From Eledone cirrhosa (lineage: Eukaryota), in contig OZ024743.1 in assembly GCA_964016885.1 (NCBI GenBank), positions 262,508,001-262,572,000 of the forward strand: a stretch of 64,000 nucleotides of DNA, given 5' to 3'. Shown here piece by piece: positions 62,574-64,000 of this stretch (positions within the stretch are counted from its first letter, which is position 1; each line of letters begins with the position of its first letter). Below the pieces are notes generated by a model. The model was not told the DNA's origin, did no database searches, and worked only from the letters and a program-made list of their open reading frames with translations. Position numbers and translations under genes: made by a program.

Positions 62574-62908
62574 TCATCATCATCATCACCATCACCGTTT
62601 TATGTCCATTCTTCCACTCTAGCATGGGTTAGATGGGTTGTCCTGTTGTAGACAGTGTCTGGTCGGCTGACCTTGTCTTGCTCATATGGGAACTGATTCT
62701 GGCATGATTTCTACAGCTGGATGCCTTCCTAACACCAACCTCATTTACAGTGAGTGCTGGGTGCCTTTTTTCCATGGCGCCTCCACGACCACTTTGCAGT
62801 GGGGAGTGGGCATATTGTCTATATGCTTCAGTTTTGGTTTGTAACCGTGGGGAGTTGAATCTTCTGTATTACCACATGACACCAGAGGTCACGGTCGTGT
62901 GTCATCGC

Positions 62909-62948
<40 letters not shown>

Positions 62949-63857
62949 ATGTTATGTATAATTGTGTATAATTGTATAATTGTATGTATGCAAACACACA
63001 CACACCCACATTATATTTATATATATATATATATATGGAATATTAGTATATATTGTTTGCTTAAGCAGTGTATAGTGCACAAAGAGCTATTAATTTCTCT
63101 GAAGAATGGAAAAATCATATCTATATTACCCAAAGGATCAGTAGACTGAACCCTGGTTGAATGTAATCTTGTGGAATGGATGGATGAAACCAACTAAATC
63201 GATTCCAGTGCTATACTGGTGTATTATTTTATCAATTATTGTCATCATCCTCATCATTGTCATCATCACCATCTTACGTCCATTTTCCATGCTGGCGTGT
63301 ATTGGATCAGTTGCCACTGTCAAAGACAAGTCATGGTTGGATAATCATTCCGTATTTTAGCATGGTTTTTACAGTTGGATGCTCTTCTTAATGCCAACAA
63401 CTTTATTGCTGAATAAACATTGAATCTCAACAATATGTTCCACATGACCAAAGAAATCTAAGGATAAATTCTCATTTCTCATTGCCAGCACTGCATAGAG
63501 TTTTTCCTCAGAGATGTAGCAAAATCATTAATAGAAAAGGATGTCATACTGGATATTCTTTTTCTTCTTCTTTGCCCATTTATTCCTGAGAGGGTTGTGA
63601 GGGCAAAGTCCTCAAACACTCCTTCCAGAAGGTCCTGTCAGAAGCAATCATCTCTAACTGAGCTGGCTGGATCCCCAAGCATGACCAGCCAAGCTCATGG
63701 ATGTTATCCAACCAAGGTTTACTCCTGGATCTCATACAAACAAATTGAGCTAAGCAGACATCAATGCGAGTATATAGTGTTACTGTAAACATATACACAC
63801 AGTTGAGGTTGTGACTCCAGCTTGGCTAGATATTGTTATGGCAAAAAGAAACTAAAG

Positions 63858-63928
<71 letters not shown>

Positions 63929-64000
63929 TTACAAAGGAATTTATACATTGTTGTTCAACCAGCTAGAAATAGCAGCCGAATCTCTTTCAATTCACAATCG

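Overview
AT-rich eukaryotic DNA made almost entirely of repeats, with no recognisable host protein-coding gene. Dense (TA)n/(CA)n/(GAT)n microsatellites, RTE LINEs with (GAT)n tails and tRNA-headed Nin- and CORE-type SINEs suggest a mollusc, probably an octopus (inference). Retroelements: a decayed Penelope-like element (PLE; RT + GIY-YIG, 1-2795) interrupted by an L1/Tx1 3' fragment with a 13-bp target-site duplication; a second PLE remnant; two long 5'-truncated RTE copies with a PHD finger inside the RT; many decayed RTE pieces; and a CRE/RLE-type fragment. DNA elements: two decayed hAT transposases, piggyBac, mariner, hAT and Tigger-type MITEs, and non-autonomous Helitrons. The most interesting observations are: (1) a 38 x 57-bp array that arose from the last codons of an RTE ORF and is open for about 720 codons on both strands, one of several LINE-seeded minisatellites; (2) several variant-core hammerhead-ribozyme-like folds in PLE-type tails, one embedded in a 67-bp-arm palindrome; (3) a TGA at a conserved Cys of the PLE zinc knuckle, as in selenocysteine-encoding Naiad PLEs. 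Everything was read by eye, and boundaries of decayed elements are approximate.
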